This document shows positions 13,515-24,849 of a stretch of DNA of 64,000 nucleotides, piece by piece; the stretch's first letter is position 1, and each line of letters opens with the position of its first letter. The stretch comes from Haliotis cracherodii (lineage: Eukaryota): assembly GCF_022045235.1 (NCBI RefSeq), contig NW_027266272.1:25544001-25608000 (forward strand). Direction: 5' to 3'. Under the pieces are notes generated by a model. That model had not been told where the DNA came from and did no database searches. It saw only the letters and a program-made list of their open reading frames with translations. The translations under genes and the position numbers were made by a program.

Positions 13515-14097
13515 TTTCACTAAATCCTACGCTGGACGTTCTACGTGTTCTGAACAAGGCGGTGTGGTTCCTCCTTACTGATAAAAAGCATGTTTTTTCT
13601 AAGCGCTGACTGAATAAATATTCTGATCGATGCTCATGATATCAATCATGGGATAGTCTGGTCCAGGCTCGATTATTTACCGCCATCATAAAGTTCGAAT
13701 ATTGCTGAGCGTGGCGTTAAATACAATGCAAACAAAGATTATTGTTAAAACCCAGGTGAAATACATGACACAATATACTTGTAAACACTAACATCGTATT
13801 TGTTTCCTTGTATTGGTTTTGCATTCAGATCAGAGCTTCCTGATTTGATCAACTTTTGAGTGAGTGAGTGAGTGAGTTGGGTTTAACGTCGCTTTTAACA
13901 GTATTCCAGTTATATCACGACGTGTCATGTGGGAGGAAAGCCCGAACTGATGCAGGTCGAAGACGTTTACCACTTCGGTGACAATGTACTATGAATCTGT
14001 AGGACATACTGGTGACAGTCAGCATGATTAGATTAGACCTTGCAAATGAACAAAATGCTAACAGAGATATGGGCAGAATATTATATGGACGGTCCCT

Positions 14098-14247
14098 TAA
14101 TTAATTAGGGATGGGATGACTCGTTTAATCAAGGAAGTAAGGAATGGGCCTGAGAGACGACTGGCGCTGGGCGCACCCACGTCAGTGCCTCAGGGTCGAT
14201 TATACTTGCCTCTCTTACCCTGCACCCTTATTTGAAGGCGTATATAA
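14098..14247 (+). promoter_or_regulatory. Proximal promoter of paralogue 1
   Basis: TAATTAATTA at 14098, half-CRE ACGTCA at 14179, TATATAA at 14241 (~70 bp before the ATG). Confidence 0.6.
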
Positions 14248-14313
14248 GACCCTCAAGTCGAAACCCCTGGCTATCGATTTCACGACTCAGTCTGTCTCAG
14301 TCCTACAGTAAAA

Positions 14314-15252
14314 ATGGTCCATCAATTCGTCGTCGCTGTGTGTGTGGTGTTGGGGCTCGCCTCTCACCAGGTGCGTGCTCAGTGGTGGGGCATGGGTCAA
14401 GGTCAAGGTCAGGGTATGGGTATGGGTCAAGGTCAGGGTATGGGTCAACTTGGAGGATTAGGTGGCGGTGCGTTTGCTCAAGGAGGAGGAGGGTGGGGGA
14501 ACAATCTCTTCCAACCGTTGAGGCCCAGTGTGCAAGACAACACCCTGTACCAGACCTGTATCGCCAAGAACTCCAACGGCGATGACATGAGGGTCACCTT
14601 CAGCCTTGGCAACAACAACAACAACAACTTCAACAACCCCATGTTTAACCGATTCGGTGGAGCCCGTAGCCTTCGTCTCTCAGCTGTCATCGCTTCCAAC
14701 CCTGCTTCGACTCTCCAAGGTCAGTTCCAGTTGGTCGTCACTGAATTCTCCCGCACTGAAGAAGTGTGTTCCAGTCGTGCTCTCGGCGACATCCTGACCG
14801 ACCGTGCCTGGTGGAGCCAGTCCCGTACTCCCCGCGGCATCGTTGGCACCCCCGTCACCATCTCCCAGGGACAGACCGCCACCTCCTCTGAGACCGTGGA
14901 GAACCTGGCCTTTGAGGAGCTGACCGGCCGTGGACTGGCTCTGTGTCCCTCTCACCAGATCTCTGGTTCCACCTGCATGGACGTCATCCCTCTGTGCTGC
15001 AAGATCGGCTTCGACAGTCAGGCTGCCACCACCTCTTTCACAGCCCAGAACCAGCTCTTCGGCCAGGGACTTCTCGGCATGCAGAACCCAGGTAGCAATA
15101 ACGGTTTGGGAGGTGGATTCAATCAAGGAATGGGCGGACAGTCTCAGGGAATGAACCAGGGACTCCCTTCAGGACTGAACGGAGGATTTGGTCAAGGTGG
15201 ACTCCCCTCAAACAACGCTGGTTCCCCCAACATGGGAGGACTAGGGTTTTGA
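14314..15252 (+). CDS. Secreted Gly/Gln/Asn-rich protein with Cu/Zn-SOD-like (metal-ligand-less) domain, paralogue 1 (312 aa, intronless)
   Basis: Uninterrupted, relatively GC-rich ORF with AAAATGG start context. Signal peptide [30 protein letters not shown] at 14241, AATAAA at 15553. Six close paralogues in the window. The SOD-like call comes from manual motif alignment. Confidence 0.93.
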   Translation: [312 protein letters not shown]

Positions 15253-16988
15253 AACATTGAGGTAGCTTAGAGGCAACATCACCGTGGACTCACAGTGTAA
15301 CAGAAGTCACCCATCACATGTACACTAATAGTTTCCATGGTGTGAAATATCGTTTTATCAAACTGCATGTTTTGGAGAAATTGTACGAACTATTATGTTA
15401 GTATATAACGCCGCAGACTAAACTAAGTTTTTTAAAGTTTCTTTCAAAATTTATCGTATATCAGTGCGCAAGATATGTTAATCAGCTGAGCTTTGTTCAC
15501 AAACTTGTATGAATGTATTTATTGCAAGGCAGGTTCTTGTGTGGTTGAATGTAATAAATTATCCTACATATTAAATCCTTGTGTGTATTTTGGGGATGAT
15601 TTGAGTGAGTGACGTTTCACGACGCTTTTAGCACTATTCCATCAACATCACGGTCAGGACACAAGAATTGAGCCTCGGATAGGTCAATAAATTGTGGGAA
15701 TAAACGATACGACTAATTTCAACAGTACTCGTTTCCGAGATGCGGAAATAATACTTCGTGCATCTTCCCGAGGCAAGTGAGTTAACGGACTTAAAAAGTC
15801 CAGTTTCCACCCTTGCCGAACTAGGCTGGTATTATGAAGTTACATTTTGACTGGAGTAACGAGTTTATGCACAGTCCAATCAAAATCACGCAACGAAATC
15901 GAAATCTGGTTCGTAAACTGTCGCGCAGATTTCGGTCAATACCAGGATTTGCAAAGCATGTACACCGCCAGGTCGTTGTCAACAGATATTTTCTAAACCT
16001 TTTCATGTTTTTAATCCAGGTGCTCACGTGATGTGAATTGTGATGCACTTCGCGATGTAAGACCCGTTTTATCACAATATAGATCTTGATTATCGATCAG
16101 ATCGTCCTGACTGGGCGCCACCGTTTTGTTTGAAAAAAAATGCAAGTGATGGAATCTAATTGGTCCATAGGACAGGCTTAGAATGGATATAACTCGTAAT
16201 AACCGTCGTCATATAGCTGGAATATATCTGAGTGCTGCGTTAAACTTCAAACTTCGATTGACGTAAATACGCTAATGTGTGGTTATTTCGGGCCCGATAA
16301 AGCAAAGAGCAACCTACTTGTTCATGAACTTGTTTACTCACATTTTTTCATGAAGTGAGAATCTCCATGTAAAATCCTTGTAATGTGGTTAGTCACCACA
16401 GCATATATGAGCTGCCACGTCTGCGCCGACCATCAGGGCATTGCGGGCAAACAGGGAACTTGCGTAGCACGTGCTTTTCGAGACACTAAAGTGAACACTT
16501 GTCTCTCGACTGCTTGGATCAAAATAGAATATCTGCGCGCCACCCTGATCAATTTTTACATCCGAAGAAAATGTGGATTTTATTTGCTAGGCTTTTTGGG
16601 TGGAAACCTCCCCACGGCCCCACCCTCCCCCAACGAACAACAAAACAACAACAACAGAAACAACAAAACAACCCCCCCCCCCAAAAAAAGAAAAAAAAGA
16701 AGAGTAAATTGTACACTGAACATGCTGGATTTCGTTTGATGTTCAACGCTGCACTCAACATATTCCAACCACATCACCGCGGCCTGGAATAATCGAAACT
16801 GTCCCAGGCGAAAGAGTGGTTGATATTATGAGCAACTCCCCACACCATCGGGGTACGATGACACTAAATGAACCAAGCCACCGGGTTTGACCCCCCAATC
16901 CAACTGACTCGCCTCTCTATGATCAGCGTTAGGGAGCTAGGAGCTGTTCTAAACCTGTGCCCTACGGGTAAATGTAGCAGTCGTATTT

Positions 16989-17039
16989 GGGCTGGGCTGG
17001 GCTGGGCTGGGCTTGGCTGGGCTTGGCTGGGCTGGGCTG
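16989..17039. repeat. (GGGCT)n microsatellite
   Basis: Direct reading. Confidence 0.9.
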
Positions 17040-18192
17040 AGGTCGACATGACTGCACAGTTGTAAGTTCACCAATCCGATATACGTGGCATCACGATCCG
17101 ATAACTATGCAAATGATGTCACCTGACCGGAACTGCTCTTAAGAAGCTCCACACATCGATACAATGCCTACTTGCTCATTGAACTTATGCCTGGTATCGC
17201 TAGTATGTTTCCCAGACCCTAGAGAATCAATTAAGAAATTAACGCAACACATGCCTAAAATGATTTGGCTCGTCTAGACTGCCCCATATCCTGAAACTAA
17301 GCATTGTTCTGGGCTCCATTTGGATTCTGTTTTATATTTTGTAGATACATATTTTTAAATAAGGTAACTTCATTTATGGGACTACATGTTGGTCTGTGAG
17401 TGAGTGAGTATGGTTTTACGCCGCTTTTAGCAATATTCCAGCAATATCACGGCGGGGGACACCACGAATGGGCTTCACACATTGTACTCATGTCGGGAAT
17501 CGAACCCGGGTCTTCAGCGTGACGAGCGAACGCTTTAACCACTAGGCTGACTGACCGCCCAAATGTTGGTCTGTAGCATCTCTAATAAGTTAAGATAAGG
17601 GCTTCCCGACGTGTGTGTGCGTGCCTGCGTGCGTGCGCATACGTGTGCGTGAATTTCTTAAGCTATTTCAGGGAAATACGTGTTGTCATAAACATTGATT
17701 ATTTTAATACGTCATCATGTGATACAGAGATTATAACAGATAGTGTTTCCGTTTCGTAAATATCATATGTTAAAAAAAACCCAGTTAAGTGAGTGAGTGA
17801 GCTGGGATTAACGCCACTGTGAACAGTATTCCAGTTATATCACAGAGTGTCTGCTTAATGTGAAGCAGGTCTTACCACGTGAAATCCACGAGAACGAGTA
17901 TGGTGCTGACAAACCCAGATACCAGTGAATCGAGATTCGAACCAACAATCATAGGTTTCTGGCATGCCCTATGGATGAATTGCGCCGCCTTGGACGACTT
18001 GGCCACCCGTGCCCCCAGAATAACAATTGGATTATGCGAGCCTTTGATTCATCTTCGTTAATGAGACTATATCTGTGTTTATCAGATACACATGGCTGAT
18101 GATCCGACATGCCATGCAGTACTTTATCCTTGTTCACATATGTGGAATACTGACACAAATATTAACATACTTCTCAGTTTCAAGACCTTACA

Positions 18193-18470
18193 GGGGGCAC
18201 GGGTGGCCCAGTCGTCTAAGGCGCCACGATTCGCTGTGCAGAGTCGCGTCCCTTGGGCACGCCAGAAACCTATGATTTTGGGTTCGAAGCCCGGTTCGCC
18301 CTGATTATGTTTCTAGGTTTGTCAGCACCATACCCGTGCTCGTGGCTTTCACCGAAGTGGTAAACGTCTAAGACCTGCATCACTTCGGGCTTTCCTCCCA
18401 CATTAAGCTGACACGCCGTGATATAACTGGAATACTGTTAAAAGCGGCGTTAAACCCAACTCACTCACTC
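18193..18470 (+). mobile_element. tRNA(Leu)-like-headed SINE with V-domain-like segment and (ACTC)n tail
   Basis: A box tggcccagtcgtctaaggcgcc, B box gggttcgaagccc, ctttcctcccaca motif, TSD tcaagaccttaca. Other copies at 378-546, 13857-13982, 17787-18015, 36465-36735, 41555-41762 and 51278-51550 (all minus). Confidence 0.85.
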
Positions 18471-19066
18471 AAGACCTTACACGTCGCTATATAAGTTCAA
18501 TAATCTTCGCGGCGTTAAACCTAATTTCACCTCACCTTGAAGACCTACAGAAACGTTTGTTCTGGAATTTCAGAAATACACAGGAGTGTACGGACGTCAA
18601 CAGAATGCGGTAATGTTCCGTCATAAACCGTATGCAGTTCTGACTGGTCATCGACAGCTATTTCTTATGGATCGATATGTAAGCTATCGCTGATTCATAA
18701 GACGGCCTTTGTGTGAAAACGATTACTATAGAGGTACATGTATTAGAAAATTGATACTTCATTTTAACCAGTCAGAATCAAGCATTCACGTTATAATAAC
18801 TGATAAGACGAATACACTGGAGTTTTCATGTGTTTGACATGGTCTGGTTATTTTATGAGAAACACATATGTAGTCAATGAATATTTTATTACAAAAAATA
18901 GATCATATACGATGAAACTGACATCGCCTGATGTCACACACCGACGTCTTCCGAAGAAAAGATTTCTTCAACCTACACATGCACAACAGAGGACGTCCTT
19001 AGACGTCTATAATTTTTCATAAATCAGTCATTCTTAACACCATTAACTAGGCTACATAAGTCTAGT

Positions 19067-19984
19067 CTAGAAGGAGAGTCGCATGTTTTGGGAGCCAGCG
19101 TTGTTTGAGGGGAGTCCACCTTGACCAAATCCTCCGTTCAGACCTGAAGGGAGTCCCTGGTTCATTCCCTGAGACTGTCCGCCTCCTATTCCCTGGTTGA
19201 ATCCACCTCCCAAACCGTTGTTGCTACCTGGGTTCTGCATGCCGAGAAGTCCCTGGCCGAAGAGCTGGTTCTGGGCTGTGAAAGAGGTGGTGGCAGGCTG
19301 ACTGTCGATGCCGATCTTGCAGCACAGAGGGATGACGTCCATGCAGGTGGAGCCAGAGATCTGGTGAGAGGGACACAGAGCCAGTCCACGGCCGGTCAGC
19401 TCCTCGAAGGACAGGTTCTCCACGGTCTCAGAGGAGGTGGCGGTCTGTCCCTGGTAGATGGTGACGGGGGTGCCCACGATGCCGCGGGGAGTACGGGACT
19501 GGCTCCACCAGGTACGGTCGGTCAGGATGTCGCCGAGAGCACGACTGGAACACACTTCTTCAGTGCGGGAGAATTCAGTGACGACCAACTGGAACTGACC
19601 TTGGAGTGTTGAAGCAGGGTTGGAAGCGATGACAGTTGAGAGACGCAGACTTCGGGATCCACCGAATCGGTTAAACATGGGGTTGTTGAAGTTGTTGTTG
19701 TTGTTGCCAAGGCTGAAGGTGACCCTCATGTCATCGCCGTTGGAGTTCTTGGCGATACAGGTCTGGTACAGGGTGTTGTCTTGCACACTGGGCCTCAACG
19801 GTTGGAAGAGATTGTTCCCCCACCCTGCTCCTCCTTGAGCAAACGCACCGCCACCTAATCCTCCAAGTTGACCCATACCCTGACCTTGACCCTGACCTTG
19901 ACCCATGCCCCACCACTGAGCACACACCTGGTGAGAGGCGAGCCCCAACACCACACACACAGCGACGACGAGTTGATGGACCAT
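19067..19984 (-). CDS. Paralogue 2 (305 aa, ends GSQNMRLSF)
   Basis: True start is the ACCATGG Met (MVHQL) at 19984. The upstream extension in the ORF track begins at a non-ATG codon and runs through the TATA box. Minus-strand AATAAA at 18885-18890. Confidence 0.93.
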   Translation of the reverse strand: [305 protein letters not shown]

Positions 19985-20040
19985 GGTTATTCTGGACTGA
20001 CTGACCGAGTGAGAATGGCTGACCACTGATCGGACTCGGG

Positions 20041-20128
20041 TTATATCCACGGCTGTCGAGGTGCGGGGTCATAAATCTGTCCTAGGTGTGGGTCTTCCTC
20101 TTTCCTCCGTGACGTCAGAGTCTAATTA
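20041..20128 (-). promoter_or_regulatory. Conserved promoter cassette of paralogue 2 (TATA-like ATATAA, GGGGTCA, CRE, TAATTA)
   Basis: ATATAA at 20041-46, TGACGTCA at 20110-17, TAATTA at 20123-28. Conserved in paralogues 2-6. Confidence 0.7.
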
Positions 20129-21030
20129 CCAGCTTAATTGTCATTTGAAGCCTCGAGGGAACGTTAATTATTAATTAACAGGCATACAATTACCCAATAT
20201 GGTCTTCCCTTGTCAAATATTGTTATCAATCCGTATCCATGGTTTTTTTAGAAAAGGTATGCGTCTATATCATATGAATATGAAAATTGTATTTAATTGA
20301 ATTATTTGTAAAATAATTTGTTTTTAATGTACATAAAAGACTGATTTTTTAAAGAAAATATTTCTTCTTCAAGTTTTACACGCACGAAACTTTTCGCGGA
20401 CATGTTTGAGGACCTGAAACATAGTGTTGTCAAGATAAATTTAATTAATATGATACCGTGCTGACGTCAAGCAAATATCACTGTTGACGTGATATAGACA
20501 TCATGACGACATATGTGATGAAGTCACAGCAGGGATGACGTATAGAAGGCAATACGAATTCTTTGCTACAGCTGACTATAAAGAGATCGTATCCAAACGC
20601 TATTTACCCAAAACATTAAGTACGATGTTAGGATATCACTTACTTGATTTCTACATTCTACATAATAAAATACAGAATAAAAAGGGAGTGAGCTAAAGTT
20701 TAACGTCACATCGGCATTATTTCAGCCATATAGCGACCAGAATAGATAGTAAAATGGCTCCGGAATATTTAGATGCAAGAAACACTGAATATTGTTTTAT
20801 GTATACGTACGGAATATGATCTTTTAAAATAATTATTATTTATTTTTGCCAGCAGCATCTTCGTGCCCGCAGTAAAAGGGGACCTGCTTCCAATCAATAT
20901 GATGTGTTGCAGAATGCCAGCTTCAACCTTTGTTAAGTACAGCAACGAAGATTCCGTAAGAACATAATCATCTGAAAAATCCCGCATGACATCACGCCTC
21001 ATCTATCACATTACATTATATTATATTAGT

Positions 21031-21435
21031 CATATCATATCATATCATATCATATCATATCATATCATATCATATCATATCATATCGGCCCGTGAAGATT
21101 CCGGGGTAGAATAGGTCTTCAGCAACCCATGCTTGCCGTAAAAGGCGACTATGCTTGTCGTAAAAGGCGACTAACGGGATTGAGTGGTCAGGCTCGCTGA
21201 CTTGGTTGATACATGTCATCGATCCCAATTGCGTAGATCGAAGCTCATGATATCAATCACTGGATTGTCTGGTCAAGACTCGATTATTTACAGACCGCCG
21301 TCATATAGCTGGGATATTGCTGAGTGCGGCATTAAGCAACAAACCAACCAACCAACCAATCATATCATATCATATCATATCATATCATATCATATCATAT
21401 CATATCATATCATATCATATCATATCATATCATAT
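21031..21435. repeat. (CATAT)n microsatellite split by a retroposon insertion (21087-21360)
   Basis: Direct reading. Confidence 0.9.
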
Positions 21436-21728
21436 CTCAATTATTGACCGTTCATTATGGCAATATCATGATTTATTGGCCCAAGAAACTGATATTGACT
21501 ATGGTCAATAATTGTTTTATTACATAATTTAAAAAAAACCAAACACACAAGAATATTTCAAATTTAACAATAATTGAATCAGATGTCACCGGAAGTCACA
21601 GGAGGTGATGAAAGACAAGCCTTGCGTTACGCTCTCTCTGATAGGCTGAAAATATTTTTATCCTTTGAGACCGCAGGGCGGTACCACTTTTGATCTCTGT
21701 TCGACAGGGTGGGTTTCAGGGCGATACG

Positions 21729-21842
21729 ATGTTGTGTTACGTTGACGTACGCATGACGTCCATTAGGTCGTCTCTGGACAGGCATGGATGTGTCTGGAGA
21801 CGTCCTGATGGACGTCAGGCGAACGTCAACGTAACGCAACAT
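21729..21842. repeat. ~114-bp near-perfect palindrome (foldback)
   Basis: atgttgtgttacgttgacg...tctggaca / tgtctggaga...cgtcaacgtaacgcaacat. Confidence 0.85.
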
Positions 21843-22375
21843 GTCAGTTTTTGGTTTTGTAATGATACGGGATGGAATCACTATAACTGCCAGAACGCCA
21901 TCGCATATTGTCCCTAGAAGGGTCACTGGAAGGTACTACCGATGCAACATAATCTGGACTGGAGACTGAATCTCGACTCACCTGAAAACACTAAATGAAA
22001 CTATCGGCGATTCATTCATTTTCTTCGCTCTAAATACCAATGGCGTCAGGCTAGAAAGTGTCGATATCTTAATGGCGCTGCAACATGTGGTCGCCGTGCA
22101 TGCAGATTAGTTACATGAAGACGACTACTAATCGTCTGGTCAGTAACTTGAGGGGCGGTCTTGTAGCCTACTGGTTAAAGCGTTCGCTCGTCACGCCGAA
22201 GACCCGGGTTCGATTCCCGACATGGGTACAATGTGTGAAGCCCATTTCTGGTGACCCCTCTGGTGACGCATGCAATAGCCCTTATGGTTCATCACGTTGT
22301 AGACAACATACCTCCAATCTGATCACAAATACCGTATTAAAACATGAGTAGAGAGCTTATATGTTACTGTGGCTC

Positions 22376-22377
<2 letters not shown>

Positions 22378-22445
<68 letters not shown>
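22378..22445. repeat. (GA)n microsatellite
   Basis: Direct reading. Another (GA)n lies at 36248-36322. Confidence 0.95.
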
Positions 22446-22449
<4 letters not shown>

Positions 22450-24849
22450 TGTTTATTAAAGTGTCACATGTTATATACACTTCGTGATAAGATATATACA
22501 AAACAGTAAAATATAACATCCGGCCAAATATGACCTACGAGACACTATAAAACGTATCAATCATAAACCTATTGACAATATTTACAAGTCCTATCCAACA
22601 GTGGGGTAGGTGGCTTGGCGTAACTTGTCGCTGGCTTTTCATAGCTGATCTTTCTTCAGACGACCAATCATAGTTTTCATATTTCATGATCCCCTCCGTA
22701 AGAGGCGACTAACGGGATCGGAGGGTCAGGCTCGCTGACTTGGTTTATGCATGTCATCGTATCCCAGTTGCGTAGGTCGATGCTCATGTTATCAATCTCT
22801 GGATTGTCTGGTCCAGACTCAGTTATTTACAGACCGCCATATAGCTTGAATATTACTGAGTGTGGCGTTAAACAAAAACAAACAAAACTACCTCGGGCCT
22901 GTTTCAAGACCTGAGGTGGTGACAAAACTCTCTACATTTGTGAGCGGACTTACATATATTATACGGCCTGTTACTCATTACCACTGACACTTATTCCTTC
23001 CATTGTATTGCCTTTTTTTGTGATTGAAAACCTAAAGCTTATCGATTTTTCATTGATCTTGTGTTACCACTTATTGATTTCACAATTTAGCTCTGTCCGT
23101 ACCTATTTCTGGGTTATCCTTTGTAACAGTACTCTGGGGCTCGTCCGGGATCTGAATTAAATTTGCTGAAAATTCTTCATTTGTGAACACATTGTTTTCA
23201 TGCTACCCTCATTTCATACACTAGAAATTGTGAAATCGGTAAATGAACACGCAAGGTCAATGAACAATCACTAATTTTTTTTATTTTTTTTAACTTTTAT
23301 TGTAACACTGTTTTAGCTTTTAGCTTTTGGTTTTAATTTCCGGTAGGACAGGACATGCTTACCCTTTTCGCAAAAACCTGGTGTCATCACTGATTTTCAG
23401 CGGTCCATTCACAGCTATTTTGTCTTTTACGACAAATGAAATCTCTTTCGTCGAAAAATCAAGACTGATTATTCTCTAATGACATTTTGGGCTGTCGGGT
23501 AGCCTAGTGGTTACAATTTAATGCACGTGCATCTTCCTAACCAAAGCACTGTGTTTTGAGCCTTAAATTTGCAGTATTTCCGCAATATAATAATCACTGG
23601 ACTGTCTGGTCCAGACTCGATTATTTACTGACCGCTGTCATATAGCTGGAATATTGCTGAGTGCGACGTTTAACAACAAACCAACCAACCAACAACCGTT
23701 CGTACTGCCCTCCCTTGCGCAACGTTTTATACAATTTTATGCACGTGCATCTTCCTAACCAAAGCACTGTGTTTTGAGCCTTATATTTGCAGTGTTTCGG
23801 CAACTGTTTCAACCCAGTGAGGCTTTCTCAACGTTTATAATTGTTTAGTCAAATACAATTTTCAAGTGTACTTACTTTTGCCCGCCAGTATATATCCGGT
23901 TAACACACAATACACTAAGGTGCATTCTATGACTTGTTTATTTCCATTATTATTTCATTCATAAAGATTGTTCACTACTGGCCCGATTTATTTTGGTTTG
24001 GGGATTTTTTTAACTAAACTATTTGTGCTTTCAAGGGTTATTTTAGGGCTGTGATATTTAATTGGAAACTATACACTGGTTCTATTACTTATATACTTCG
24101 AACTTGACACCAAAGTAATATGTTTTCGTTTTCAAGTAAAACGTTGTTACATTTATTTATTATTATTATTTTCGAACTTTCTGGTTCTTAAGGTCGGCGA
24201 ATCCGTGAACAAAGGAAACTGTAAGGCCTGAAGCGCCTTGTGATCTAACCCAAATGATAGCGAGTGGCTATATATTGAGTGTATATATTGCGCACGTGCC
24301 CTACGTGCAAAGTAAACAACCTATTTGGATCTGTTCTCGCATGTGGGCGCCCACTTTTCACATATCCGTCTCTGCACATTTTCAACACACCCGTGTCTAC
24401 AAGCAGACGGCAGAAGTTCAGAAAAGTAAGAACCAGTTTTGTTTAGGGAGGCTACATTAATTGAACAAACACGACATCAAGGGTGATCTCTTTATTAATA
24501 TATATGTTGCGCACACCAATCTTTCCACTCACACAATGATAATGAGCTCATCGAATTCGGTATGAATTTTAAAAGGTAGTGATACGACATGAAAGAATTC
24601 GTAGTTGGTGATATGTTTAATGGATAATAAATTAATATGCTGAATGAATGATAAATATATGTCAAAGTTATTTACAAAAAATAGATCATATACGATGAAA
24701 CTGACATCGCCTGATGTCACACACCGACGTCTTCCCAAGAAAAGATTTCTTCAACCTACACATTCACAACAGAGGACGTCCTTAGACGTCTATAATTTTT
24801 CATAAACCAGTCATTCTTAACACCATTAACTAGGCTACATCAGTCTAGT

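Noticed and set aside
14548-15015. Annotating the cluster as active superoxide dismutase (sod3)
   Set aside because: All Cu/Zn ligands and the catalytic Arg are absent in the manual alignment, so no gene symbol was assigned.
14232-15154. Overlapping alternate-frame and antisense ORFs repeated in every paralogue
   Set aside because: Shadows of a codon-biased, low-complexity CDS. They recur only because the DNA is nearly identical between copies.
19985-20050. N-terminal extensions (MDITRVRS...) of paralogues 2-6 in the ORF track
   Set aside because: They start at non-ATG codons, run through the 5'UTR (and TATA box in paralogues 2-4) and would bury the signal peptide.
22152-22225. Functional tRNA-Asp genes (here and at 42405, 47969, 55322)
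   Set aside because: No acceptor stem; followed by SINE body, LINE-type tail and TSDs.
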